From contig CAYTHH010000001.1 in the NCBI GenBank assembly GCA_964437545.1, positions 14,381 to 78,380 on the forward strand: a stretch of DNA of 64,000 bases. The letters are read 5' to 3'. Every line of letters begins with the position of its first letter. The stretch's first letter is position 1. Source of the stretch: an uncultured Candidatus Saccharibacteria bacterium (lineage in GTDB: Bacteria > Patescibacteriota > Minisyncoccia > Minisyncoccales > GWA2-46-15). Shown here in pieces: positions 1 to 9,250 of the stretch. A program made the position numbers and the translations under genes. The notes under the pieces were generated by a model. It was not told where the DNA came from, made no database searches, and saw nothing but the letters and a program-made list of their open reading frames with translations.

Positions 1-650
1 TATTATCTCGTGCCACCAAAGATCTTTATCTTCTTTCCAGGCAATATTATTGCCAGCTCTTTTAACTACAACTACCTTTTCGATTTTAGTATCTGTAATC
101 CCCTGGTCAGCAGCGTTCTTAAGATCAATAACCTGACCTGCTCGATAATAGCCGTCAGTAGTAATCAAAACCTTAGCTTTAGTATCTTGAAGTCTGGCTT
201 TTAAAGCGTGGGGAGAAAAAGCTGAGAAAACAACGCTGTGAACTGCGCCGATTCTAGCGCAAGCAAGCATAGCGATAGCGCTTTCTGGGATCATGGGCAT
301 GTAAACAGCTACCCGATCCCCTTTCTTAACCCCTAATTTTTTAAGCGCATTACCAAAACGACAAACTTCAGTAAATAGTTCTTCGTAAGTAATCTTTTTT
401 GCTTTTTCTCCAACTGGTTCTGGCTCCCAGATTAATGCTATTTTGTTCTTGTCTGAAGCTAAGCTTCGCACAAAGATAGTTTCAGTAATATTTAGCTTTC
501 CATTAACAAACCATTGGAAATAAGGAGGATTATGGAGAAAGGCCTTGTCCCATTTTTTATCCCATGAAATGTCTTCAGCTAATTCTTCCCAAAACTTGAT
601 TGGATCTTGAGATGCTTTCTCGTATATTGATTTGTCTTTTTTTATATTCA
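1..650 (-). CDS. acs: acetyl-CoA synthetase, N-terminal part (C-terminus runs off the window start)
   Basis: Reverse-strand translation from the ATG at 650 reads MNIKKDKSIYEKASQDPIKFWEEL...YMPMIPESAIAMLACARIGAVHSVVF. This is the typical Acs N-terminus through the adenylate-forming core, and the frame stays open to position 1. It is absent from the ORF track because it is partial. Confidence 0.8.
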
Positions 651-699
651 TGTCCTTATTATACCTTAAAAAAAAGAAATTCCAAATCTAATCTATAAT

Positions 700-725
700 A
701 AAAAACCTACTTTTCAAGGTAGGGT
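700..725 (-). terminator. putative intrinsic terminator after gap
   Basis: Minus-strand RNA forms a 5-bp stem (ccuac/guagg) followed by UUUUUUAUU, directly downstream of the gap stop. Confidence 0.35.
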
Positions 726-740
726 TTTTAGTATTAGAGA

Positions 741-1781
741 TTAAGGCTTTCTTCCAATAAATTCCGCTAATTCAGCTAGCCGGCAAGCATAGCCATACTC
801 ATTATCATACCAGGCCACGACTTTAATCAGGTTTTTATCTTTAATATCGGGAACATTCATCACTTCGGTTAAGGGCATATCAACAATGGCTGAAAAGCTG
901 TTGCCAATAATATCAGAAGAGACTAATGGTTCCTGAGAAACACTCATAATTCCCTTCAAACTTCTTTTTGAAGCTTTTTCTAAGGCCTTGTTTACCTCCT
1001 GAACACTGGTCTCTCTTTTAATTTGGGCAACAATTTCTAAAACTGAACCAGACAGAACCGGAACCCTGAAAGCTGATCCGGAAATCTTTTTTGCAAGATT
1101 TGGCAAGACCCTTTCTACGGCCTTGGCAGCTCCAGTTGAGGTGGGAATGATATTTGAAAAAGCAGCCCTCCCCTCTCTTAAATCTTTTTTAGGAGAGTCA
1201 ATTAGGCTTTGTGTTCCGGTAACAGCATGAACGGTGACAAGCTGGACTTTTTCAATCCCAAAATCTTTATCCAGAATTTTTATTACTGGAGCGGCGCAGT
1301 TGGTGGTGCAGGAGCAATTGGCAATGATCCGATGCTTCTTTTGATCATAATCTTTCTCATTAACTCCAAGTACGACCGATAAGTCAGCATCTTTAGAATT
1401 AGCAGAAATGACGACTCTTTTGGCGCCAGCTTCAAGATGCTTGCTAGCCTCTTTATGGCTGGTAAATCTGCCCGTTGCTTCAAGAACAATCTCAACGCCC
1501 AATTCTTCCCAAGGCAGGTTTAAAGGGTCTGATTCAGCAAAAACCAAGATAAGGCTTTCTCCAACCTTAATTGAACCAATAGCTCCCTTGGCCCCTGATC
1601 TTAAGGAGATTTCTTTTCCAAAATCCTTATAAATAGAGTCGTGCTTTAAGAGGTAGGCAATAGTTTCCAGATCAGCCAAATCATTAATCGCCACTACCTG
1701 AAGATCTGGAATGTATTCAAGAATTCTTCTCAGGGTTAGCCGGCCGATTCGGCCGAAACCATTGATAGCTATTCTTGTCAT
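741..1781 (-). CDS. gap: glyceraldehyde-3-phosphate dehydrogenase (type I)
   Basis: N-terminus INGFGRIGR (NAD Rossmann motif) and a catalytic-region motif SCTTNC, 346 aa. Confidence 0.9.
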   Translation of the reverse strand: MTRIAINGFGRIGRLTLRRILEYIPDLQVVAINDLADLETIAYLLKHDSIYKDFGKEISLRSGAKGAIGSIKVGESLILVFAESDPLNLPWEELGVEIVLEATGRFTSHKEASKHLEAGAKRVVISANSKDADLSVVLGVNEKDYDQKKHRIIANCSCTTNCAAPVIKILDKDFGIEKVQLVTVHAVTGTQSLIDSPKKDLREGRAAFSNIIPTSTGAAKAVERVLPNLAKKISGSAFRVPVLSGSVLEIVAQIKRETSVQEVNKALEKASKRSLKGIMSVSQEPLVSSDIIGNSFSAIVDMPLTEVMNVPDIKDKNLIKVVAWYDNEYGYACRLAELAEFIGRKP

Positions 1782-1847
1782 GGATTTTAAGTTAATTGCT
1801 TATCTTGGATCAATAAAAGGAAAAATACATTGGTAGAGAAAAAAACT

Positions 1848-2105
1848 TCATTCTTTGATGTCGAGAAGTTGACAGATTTTTTCTCTGTCAAAACCGACCA
1901 CCCATTGGTCATCAACATTAAAAACCGGAACGCCAAATTGCTCAGTTTTTTTAACCATTTCCTCAAGAGCTTTTTCATCCTTGGAAACGTCAATGTCTTC
2001 AAACTCAAAGCCTTTTTCTTTTAGAAACTCTTTTAGAGTAACGCAGTAGGGGCAAGTTGGAGTGCTGAAAATGCGAATTTTAAAGTTTTTTAATTCTTCT
2101 GTCAT
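1848..2105 (-). CDS. glutaredoxin-like small redox protein
   Basis: 85 aa with a CPYC active-site motif and thioredoxin-fold spacing (TCPYCVTLKEFL...GVPVFNVDDQWVVGFD). Confidence 0.7.
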   Translation of the reverse strand: MTEELKNFKIRIFSTPTCPYCVTLKEFLKEKGFEFEDIDVSKDEKALEEMVKKTEQFGVPVFNVDDQWVVGFDREKICQLLDIKE

Positions 2106-2221
2106 TGGTTTTTATTTTTTTATAACAGTTAGTAAACTGATATATCATACTCGCTATAGCAGGTATATCTATTCGCTGTTAGATTATTAAATACATTGAC
2201 TGAGAAAACAGCTAGAGGATG

Positions 2222-3217
2222 TTATTGTTCACAGCTAGCATCTCCGGTGCCGGTGGTAATTCCAGCTCCAATCCCGGCCTCAGGGATATCAGTTGAAAGA
2301 ACTTGGGAGCATTCTGCCGGTGGATTATTAAAGGCTTTACAGATTAGGTTTTTGAAGGCTTCTGGCGAACGTTCATTGGCGGCCACTTCCTGATCATTAA
2401 TAATTGTTGTTGGCGATCCCTGGATACTATACTGTTCATTTAATGGCTGGTGAATACCAAACTTAGGATATTGCCCGTTCATCCAGGTGCTTTGATCGTT
2501 ATACTGCTCGGTAATATTGAATTGGTTGTCAGTTGAAGCAATGCATTCAGAAAGTTCATTTTGATTAATATTGGTCTGACTCAGACAAGAATCAACCTCT
2601 CCGGTTTTACTAAAGCAATCTAAATATTCGGCAAACTCTTCTTTGCTTTGATTTTGGATGCAGTATTGTCTTAAATTTTCATCTATTTCCGGTTTGTCAT
2701 GCATAATATAGTCAACAAAATAAATTCCAAAGTCAGCCTTGTCTTTTAAAAGCTGGTAAACCGGTAAGTAAACTTTTTCCATTTGCAATCCATAAGAACA
2801 ATAACTCATGACAAAAAGCTTGATATCTGGTCTGTCTGCTTTTGGCGGTTCTTGTTCTTGAATTTGGCTTTCAGGGGTTTCAACTGGGGTCATTTCAAAG
2901 GCAGCAGTAAACAGAAACTGGCCGTCTTTAGAAACATAAACATCTGGTTCATCGGCGCCGATTTTAATTTTGACCTTATAGACCGTGCCCTCATTAGTAA
3001 CTTCCACTAAGCTGGCAGTAGTTCCCGGCGGCAATAAATTAGCGTTAATATAATCAATCGCTGCTTTTCCTAACTTATCTGCCTTAGAAGTGATTGATAG
3101 AATTGGCAGATTAATGTTTCCCTGGCGAGCTTGCCAAAAAACAAAAAGGCCTCCAGCCACGACGATAACTAAGGCGACAGCAATAATGTATTTTATTTTC
3201 TTATTCATTTTATACAT
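2222..3217 (-). CDS. membrane-anchored, Cys-rich secreted protein of unknown function (possibly a degenerate thioredoxin/DsbA-like fold)
   Basis: N-terminal TM helix, 331 aa, multiple Cys. The segment IKLFVMSYCSYG sits where DsbA/BdbD proteins carry CxxC, but the second Cys is missing. Confidence 0.4.
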   Translation of the reverse strand: MYKMNKKIKYIIAVALVIVVAGGLFVFWQARQGNINLPILSITSKADKLGKAAIDYINANLLPPGTTASLVEVTNEGTVYKVKIKIGADEPDVYVSKDGQFLFTAAFEMTPVETPESQIQEQEPPKADRPDIKLFVMSYCSYGLQMEKVYLPVYQLLKDKADFGIYFVDYIMHDKPEIDENLRQYCIQNQSKEEFAEYLDCFSKTGEVDSCLSQTNINQNELSECIASTDNQFNITEQYNDQSTWMNGQYPKFGIHQPLNEQYSIQGSPTTIINDQEVAANERSPEAFKNLICKAFNNPPAECSQVLSTDIPEAGIGAGITTGTGDASCEQ

Positions 3218-3355
3218 TTTAATCCTGTTAAATAATTAATTCCGGGCAATCAGACTCAGGATTGACGCCATGACACCCAAGCTTTTTATTTCTCTATTCG
3301 ACTATATAAATAAATACTATTTTTTTGTTCTTTTATCAAGTCTTAAAATACAGAA

Positions 3356-4033
3356 CTAGAGGATTTTTTTAGTTTTCATTGCTAAAACATTATCAAATTC
3401 ATATTCTATTAAGCCGGCATAAGGAATTTCTAGATCAACAATATTATTATTAGAGATCTTTTCAAGATATTTTACAATTGATCTTAAAGAATTATGGCTG
3501 GCTACGATTAAAACATTTTCACCTTGGCTTAAATCTTTTTCAACGTATTTGCGGTAAAAAGGAATAACTCTTTTATAGACGCCAGCCAGGCTTTCACCGC
3601 CTGGCGGAGCAATATTATAACTTCTTCGCCAAAGTTGGACCTTTTCTTTCCCGTATTTTTTCATCATTTTGACCTTGTTTTCTCCCTGAAGTTTTCCGTA
3701 ATATCTCTCGTTTAGATTTTCAGTGACAAAAACAGGAATGTCATCGGTTGAAATGTCAGTGAAATTCCCCCACTCTCTCATTTTTCCCTTGTCCAAATGA
3801 ACAAAAATAGGATATTTTTTATTATTGCTCTCAAGAATTCTAGCAACTGTATCTTTATTTCTAAATAAAGGCGAAGAGTAGATTTTATTAATTTTAAATA
3901 AAGGAATTCTTTTGGCCAGTTCTTTGGCTTTTTGGACTTCTTTTCTGTCTAAAGGAACATCTATCCATCCCGTAAACCTGTTTTCTTTGTTCCATTGAGA
4001 TTTAATATGCCTTAATAAAAATAATTTTGCCAT
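3356..4033 (-). CDS. gpmA: histidine phosphatase superfamily protein, 2,3-bisphosphoglycerate-dependent phosphoglycerate mutase-like
   Basis: N-terminal LFLLRHIKSQWN matches the dPGM catalytic His motif (LxRHGxSxWN), 225 aa. Confidence 0.6.
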   Translation of the reverse strand: MAKLFLLRHIKSQWNKENRFTGWIDVPLDRKEVQKAKELAKRIPLFKINKIYSSPLFRNKDTVARILESNNKKYPIFVHLDKGKMREWGNFTDISTDDIPVFVTENLNERYYGKLQGENKVKMMKKYGKEKVQLWRRSYNIAPPGGESLAGVYKRVIPFYRKYVEKDLSQGENVLIVASHNSLRSIVKYLEKISNNNIVDLEIPYAGLIEYEFDNVLAMKTKKIL

Positions 4034-4138
4034 TTGATTTTATACTTTATATTTTATTGTACCGCATTGAGGGAAAAGAACAAGAAAGGCCATCGACAAA
4101 ACAAAAAGGAGCTAAGATCCTTAAGGTTATAGAAATCA

Positions 4139-4167
4139 TTGACAAAATGAAAGTATTATGTTAGAAT
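4139..4167 (+). promoter_or_regulatory. putative sigma-70 promoter for the 4237 ORF
   Basis: TTGACA (4139-4144), 17-nt spacer, TAGAAT (4162-4167), about 70 nt upstream of the ATG. Confidence 0.4.
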
Positions 4168-4236
4168 AAACACATTAAGTTCATTTTATCGTCCCCTGAC
4201 TCGAATAGAGCCGGAGGACAAAAAAGGAGAAATATC

Positions 4237-4869
4237 ATGTTTGATGTTAAAGAGCCCGGGTGGATTATGATACCAGTATTATTGGTTCTACTGGGCTGCT
4301 GCTGTTGCTCTACATTCTTTATGGCAGTAGTGGCACAAAAAAACTTGTCAAGCCGCGTAAATGCTGTAATAAGCTCGATTGCCGAGTCTGAGCCGGCTCC
4401 GGCCGAGCCAGCTGTGACAGAAGAGCCGACTAGCCCAATTGATCCTTTGCCATTAGCAGCGGCAACGGGTCAGTACGAAATTGTCGATGCCAAAGGAAAA
4501 AATCCCGTTGGCACGATCGACTATTCCACCGCCTACACTTGTGTGGGTGGATGCGGATCTTATTCAGCGAAAATCACGCTAAAAAATATCCGTATAGTTG
4601 ATGACAGTTCTTTCGTCCTTGATCTCGAGGTAGAGGTGTTAGAGGTCAAGGGAGATCCATGGCTCTTGTCGCCGAAACTTGAAGAGGTTTCGGTCATAAT
4701 AAACGACCAGAACTTTAAGGCGACTGGATCCAGTTTTTCCGCAATTGCCATTGCGGGGACGCAAATTGGATTCTTGACAATAGCGGGAGCAATTCCCGCG
4801 GACGCAAATTATTTGCGTCTTCAGATTCTTTATCATCTCAGTGAGCCGCTTGAGGGGCGGCTTAAATGA
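4237..4869 (+). CDS. hypothetical membrane-anchored protein
   Basis: 210 aa, N-terminal TM with a CCCC run, Pro/Glu/Ala-rich linker, no recognisable domain. Confidence 0.4.
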   Translation: MFDVKEPGWIMIPVLLVLLGCCCCSTFFMAVVAQKNLSSRVNAVISSIAESEPAPAEPAVTEEPTSPIDPLPLAAATGQYEIVDAKGKNPVGTIDYSTAYTCVGGCGSYSAKITLKNIRIVDDSSFVLDLEVEVLEVKGDPWLLSPKLEEVSVIINDQNFKATGSSFSAIAIAGTQIGFLTIAGAIPADANYLRLQILYHLSEPLEGRLK

Positions 4870-4905
4870 GAAAAAAGGCACCTTTGGAAACTTGGGTGCC
4901 TTTTA

Positions 4906-5280
4906 TTATTCTACTGGCAGATTCCCGGGAGGCTCTGGCTCTTTTGGAGATAGCATTATCGGTTCTGGCTCTAAGGGCAGAGAAACGGGTTCTGGTTTTA
5001 ATAATGGTGGTTCGACGACTATTGGTTCTGGAGCTGGAATTGGAATATCTGGCTCAGGGCTAGGTTTAGGAACAGGCGGTATTATCGGTTCTTTTGGTTG
5101 GGCTATTATTGGTTCTGGAGCTGATTGGGTAGGGGTTACCGGTAAAATCTGTTCTAGCTGATCTTCTTCAATCTTAGGCAAAGAGGGTTTAATGGTTAGT
5201 TTTCTTTGCTTTCTTCGAAAGCGCTGAAAACCAAAAACTGCCAGAGAAACAGTTAATAATATTAAGAAAAAAAGTGTCAT
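4906..5280 (-). CDS. proline-rich membrane-anchored protein
   Basis: 124 aa, N-terminal TM then PEP/PKP-type proline repeats. The opposite-strand glycine-rich ORF 4841..5161 is its antisense artefact. Confidence 0.4.
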   Translation of the reverse strand: MTLFFLILLTVSLAVFGFQRFRRKQRKLTIKPSLPKIEEDQLEQILPVTPTQSAPEPIIAQPKEPIIPPVPKPSPEPDIPIPAPEPIVVEPPLLKPEPVSLPLEPEPIMLSPKEPEPPGNLPVE

Positions 5281-5295
5281 TATTTTATCTTTTGT

Positions 5296-5318
5296 CTAAA
5301 GGAGCTTAGCTCCTTTAG
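5296..5318. repeat. palindromic hairpin CTAAAGGAGCTTAGCTCCTTTAG (member of a dispersed family)
   Basis: Perfect inverted repeat with a TTA loop. The same core AAAGGAGCTTAGCTCCTTT recurs at 35390-35409 and 35558-35576, and in a related form at 51438-51458. Confidence 0.6.
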
Positions 5319-5335
5319 ATTTGAAAATTACTATC

Positions 5336-6760
5336 TTATTTAATTTTCGCTTTTCTTTGCTTTTCTGTCAATAATTCTTCTAAATTATAAACATTCCCAG
5401 CCCCCATTATTATTAGAATTTCATTGCTTTTTAGATTTTTTTTCAGGTATTGCGTTGTTTCTTTGAGTGTCGGGATATACAGTGTTTTTGTATTTTGTAT
5501 CTTGTATTTAGTATTCTGTTTTTTTGAGATGGCCGAAACCAGTTTTTTAGAGCTAACTTTCTTTTTTAATTCAGCGCTTTCCCGGCCTGAAACGCTATAA
5601 ATATCAGTTAAAATAAGCTGGTCAATTTGAGCTTTAGCTAAAACTTTGACAAAATCTTTGAATAAGTAAAAGGTTCTTTGGTATTGGTGAGGCTGGTAAA
5701 CACAAGTGATCTTTTGTTTGGGGTATTTTTGCCTGGCAGCTTTTAAAGTAACTTCAATCTCGGTTGGGTGATGGGCATAGTCATTGATGAGATTAATTGT
5801 TTTCCCATTCGCTCCGCTTATTTTAATCTTTTTCTGCTCAAATCTTCGCCAAGCTCCCTGATATTCAGATAAAGCTTTAAAAGAAACTTTGTCTTTTATC
5901 TTTAGAATTCTAGCTAAAGTTAAAGCCGCTAAGGCATCGGCTAGGATGTGGTTACCGGGCAGTTTTAGGATTTGTTTCAGCTCGATAATGTCTTTTTGCG
6001 CGGTTGGGTAAAATTTAGTCTGGTATTTTGTTTCTGGTATTTTGTATTTATCATTTAATGTTTTCTTTGTGTTAACATCCTTTTTATTTGCGATCAAGGT
6101 GCCATTTTTCGGCAAGTGGTTAATGAATTTTCTAAATGTTTTAATGATATTTGTAAGGTTTTTAAAATAGTCTAAGTGGTCTTTATCAATGCAGGTTAAG
6201 ACAATGATTGTTGGGCAGTAATTTAAAAAAGAACTTTTGTATTCGTCAGCTTCAATAACGAGTATCTTGTATTTAGTATTTTGTATCTTGTATCCGAATT
6301 TTTTACCAAGGCGGAAATTACTATTACCGAATTCTTTTAATTTAGTGCCGATGATCACGGTTGGATCCAGTTTGGCTTTGATTAAGATTAAAGAGATCAT
6401 TGCTGTAGTTGTTCCTTTGCCATGAGTGCCGGCAACGGCAATAGTAAAATGGTCTTTAGTCAGCTGGCCTAAGTTCTCTGGATAGCTTTGACAGGGAATA
6501 TTTTCTTTAAAGGCCATTACAAGCTCAGGGTTATCATTAGTGATGGCTGGGCTATAAACGACTAAATTGGTATCTTTGGGAAGATTTTGTGATTGATGTT
6601 TGCCAATATTAATTTTAGTCCCTAATTTTTCTAAGGATTTAGTGATTTCAGATTCAGTTAAATCTGATCCAGAGACTTGATGGCTTTCTGCCTGTGAAAG
6701 ATAATATCTGGCCAGAGCCGAAACCCCGATCCCGCCAATGCCGATAAAATGTATTTTCAT
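5336..6760 (-). CDS. murC: UDP-N-acetylmuramate--L-alanine ligase
   Basis: MKIHFIGIGGIGVSALARYY N-terminus, Mur-ligase central and C-terminal domains, 474 aa. Contains three in-frame YKIQNTKYKI-type low-complexity inserts. Confidence 0.85.
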   Translation of the reverse strand: MKIHFIGIGGIGVSALARYYLSQAESHQVSGSDLTESEITKSLEKLGTKINIGKHQSQNLPKDTNLVVYSPAITNDNPELVMAFKENIPCQSYPENLGQLTKDHFTIAVAGTHGKGTTTAMISLILIKAKLDPTVIIGTKLKEFGNSNFRLGKKFGYKIQNTKYKILVIEADEYKSSFLNYCPTIIVLTCIDKDHLDYFKNLTNIIKTFRKFINHLPKNGTLIANKKDVNTKKTLNDKYKIPETKYQTKFYPTAQKDIIELKQILKLPGNHILADALAALTLARILKIKDKVSFKALSEYQGAWRRFEQKKIKISGANGKTINLINDYAHHPTEIEVTLKAARQKYPKQKITCVYQPHQYQRTFYLFKDFVKVLAKAQIDQLILTDIYSVSGRESAELKKKVSSKKLVSAISKKQNTKYKIQNTKTLYIPTLKETTQYLKKNLKSNEILIIMGAGNVYNLEELLTEKQRKAKIK

Positions 6761-8337
6761 CTTATGGGAAGTTCAATGAAAAAGGTTGAACCCTTGTTCG
6801 TACCTCTTGATTCAAACCAAACTTTGCCTTGGTGCATTTCAATAAACTTTTTAGCTACACAAAGTCCCAATCCTACCCCTTCGGTCCATAAAAGAGAACC
6901 CTTTTTACCTCGGGAAAAACTCTTGATTTGCTCCAAATCTTCTTCTTCCAAGCCAATTCCCGTATCTTTAACCTTAATAATTATATTTTTTTGGCTTTTT
7001 TCTATGCTAATGACAATACCGCCGTCTTTAGTGTAGTGGATAGCATTATCAACCAAATTCAAGATAGTTTGGCTAATTTTTTCCTTATCAACAATTATTT
7101 CCGGAATTATTTCTTTTGGTTTTTTAAACTTTAAGTAAAGGTTTTTTTCTTTAGCCCTTATCTTCATTGTTGTAACAATATTCACGATAATTTTTTCAAT
7201 CGAGGATTTTTCTAAATCAAGTTTGATTTTATTACTCTCAATCCTAGAGACATTAAGAAGGTGGTTGACCATGGTGATTAGTCTTTCATTTGCCTGGTAA
7301 ATATTTTTTAGAGGGGCTTTGGCCTTATCTTCAATATTGCCGTAAGTATTCTCCAATAAAAGAGATATATAACCTTTAATGGCTGATAAGGGGGTTCTTA
7401 ATTGATGAGAAGCAATGGAAATGAATTCGGACTTTGATTCATCAAGCTTTTTTAATTCTTCATATGCCAACTCAAGTTTTTTCCGATAGTCAATTTCGTT
7501 AATGACACTTCTGATTAAAAAATACCCAAAAAGTAGAAATAATAAAAAGGCAAACAAACTAACTACTCTCAGAGCAGAAAAAGAAAGAATTACTTCGGTG
7601 AGAAGAATAATTCCCATAATTCCGACGAAAAACTCAGATGCCAAAACCTTTATATCGAAAAGATAGTATTTTGAAATTGAATAAGCAGTAATTCCGCTGA
7701 AAATTATTGTTGCCAGCGGTCCGTAATAAGCAGTCTGCTGAACCCCAAAAAGCGGTAAGAGAATATTACTTAAAAAACCAAGAAAAAGAGCAGAAGAGAT
7801 TCCTCCTATAAAATAAATCAATTGGTATTTTTCCAATTTATTCGTAATTCTTTTGAGTTTTTTTGAAATTAAATAAATTCCTCCTCCAGCGAAAACAAGA
7901 TAATGAAGAATATAAAGAGAATAAAATGTTCCATAGATAGTTTCTCTTTCAGCCGGTCCAGTGATAATTTCCGCTTTATCTACTAGGGGCGTAAAAAGAG
8001 TTAATGCAAAAAAGACTATCATCCACAAAGAAATAGCCCAAAGTAACTTTTTAGATACTTTAAATGTTTCACTTGGAAAAATTAGAGAAAATTTTAAAAG
8101 ATAAAAAAGCATTACTAAAACGATTGCAAAATTGAATCTTCCTATCCAAAGAATTATTATCGGAGACTCAATGATATAAAAAAACAATAAAGAGACTTGC
8201 CATCCGATTACCGACAAAATGAGAGCAAAGAAGGTAGAGTTTATTTTTTCTTTAGTGTTTCTGAGTAAAACAAAAAACCCGAGTAAAAAATTGCCAGCAA
8301 TTGAAATTAAATAAAAAGCTAAAGTTAATTCGGACAT
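6757..8337 (-). CDS. sensor histidine kinase (multi-TM sensor, HisKA + HATPase_c)
   Basis: About 7 N-terminal TM helices, H-box ASHQLRTPLSAIKGY, and N/G boxes (LVDNAIHYT, DTGIGL, GVGLGL). Confidence 0.85.
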   Translation of the reverse strand: MSELTLAFYLISIAGNFLLGFFVLLRNTKEKINSTFFALILSVIGWQVSLLFFYIIESPIIILWIGRFNFAIVLVMLFYLLKFSLIFPSETFKVSKKLLWAISLWMIVFFALTLFTPLVDKAEIITGPAERETIYGTFYSLYILHYLVFAGGGIYLISKKLKRITNKLEKYQLIYFIGGISSALFLGFLSNILLPLFGVQQTAYYGPLATIIFSGITAYSISKYYLFDIKVLASEFFVGIMGIILLTEVILSFSALRVVSLFAFLLFLLFGYFLIRSVINEIDYRKKLELAYEELKKLDESKSEFISIASHQLRTPLSAIKGYISLLLENTYGNIEDKAKAPLKNIYQANERLITMVNHLLNVSRIESNKIKLDLEKSSIEKIIVNIVTTMKIRAKEKNLYLKFKKPKEIIPEIIVDKEKISQTILNLVDNAIHYTKDGGIVISIEKSQKNIIIKVKDTGIGLEEEDLEQIKSFSRGKKGSLLWTEGVGLGLCVAKKFIEMHQGKVWFESRGTNKGSTFFIELPIR

Positions 8338-8340
8338 TAA

Positions 8341-9180
8341 TTAAGCCTTAAAATATTTTGCCTTTAAGGAAACCCATTCTTTCAAGTTTAGATTGGGTAG
8401 ATTTTCAGCGTAAGCGTTTTTGGCTAAGTGAAAATATGGCATGGCTACTAAAGCGCAGCCAATATCTCCTGCTTTTATTTCTTCGGCAATTAAATCAATA
8501 AAGATCTCTTTAAATTTTACATTCTGGTTTTTAGAAATTTCTAAAACGCTATGTAAAGAATTTAAACTTATCTTTTGTCTGGCTGAGGTGCTGATACCCT
8601 CTAAACTTAGAATTTGACCGACATCTTCCATTAAAAGACAGGCATATTTACTGCGATCTTCAGGAATACCAATAGCCAGAGTAGTGTAGAGTGCGGTTGG
8701 GCCAGGGGCGAATTGGAATCTGCCGGCGCAAGGTACGTGCGAACCAGGCAACAAGGGAAAATGCTTCTCGTCTCTGGTTCCGAAAAGGGCTAATGATGCT
8801 TTTCTTAGGTTTTCACCGTTTCTAATGGTTATGCCATCAAAATCTTTGCCTAAAGATTTTGGTGAAAGATACTGGGGGAGCTCAATTTCATCAGTTCTGG
8901 CCAAGTCATAACCCCAAATCAAGCCACGGGAGCCGATAAAAGAAGAAACAATTATCATATTAATCTGACCGATAAAAGTTCCGTTGATTTCGGCGCGGTC
9001 ATAAGCGATAATTGAATCCAGCACTTTTGAGCCAACATGACTGAAGGTTTCCCTTGAGATGCCAATACTTAAAACTGGAGCGGTGATGTAACCGTTTTCA
9101 TAGGGATAGCCAATACAGTGATTATCATATGGGCTAAGAGAGGAACTGAGTATTTTATCCTTTAAAAATAGTGGTTCCAT
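8341..9180 (-). CDS. pyruvoyl-dependent histidine decarboxylase family proenzyme (HdcA-like)
   Basis: Motifs ISPY, AYDRAE, FIGQINMIIVSSFIGS (compare Lactobacillus 30a HdcA YIGQINMTTAS-SFTG, Ser-Ser self-cleavage site), GYDL, HFPLLPGSHVPCA (compare HYPAPGSFIVCA), LLMEDVG (compare MFVEDAG). 279 aa matches the roughly 310-aa proenzyme size. Confidence 0.7.
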   Translation of the reverse strand: MEPLFLKDKILSSSLSPYDNHCIGYPYENGYITAPVLSIGISRETFSHVGSKVLDSIIAYDRAEINGTFIGQINMIIVSSFIGSRGLIWGYDLARTDEIELPQYLSPKSLGKDFDGITIRNGENLRKASLALFGTRDEKHFPLLPGSHVPCAGRFQFAPGPTALYTTLAIGIPEDRSKYACLLMEDVGQILSLEGISTSARQKISLNSLHSVLEISKNQNVKFKEIFIDLIAEEIKAGDIGCALVAMPYFHLAKNAYAENLPNLNLKEWVSLKAKYFKA

Positions 9181-9250
9181 ATTCCATTATTTTACAACAC
9201 TTATTATCAAAATGCAAAGACTCCACCTTGTTTGGCGGAGCCCTTATGTT

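Noticed and set aside
1283-1632. Small ORFs inside gap on both strands (similar cases inside efp, the ATPase, ftsI, clpC and others)
   Set aside because: Embedded in well-supported longer genes. Typical AT-rich-genome frame artefacts.
4841-5161. Glycine-rich plus-strand ORF (and 4866..5063)
   Set aside because: Antisense shadow of the proline-rich minus-strand ORF 4906..5280 (GGN versus NCC codons).
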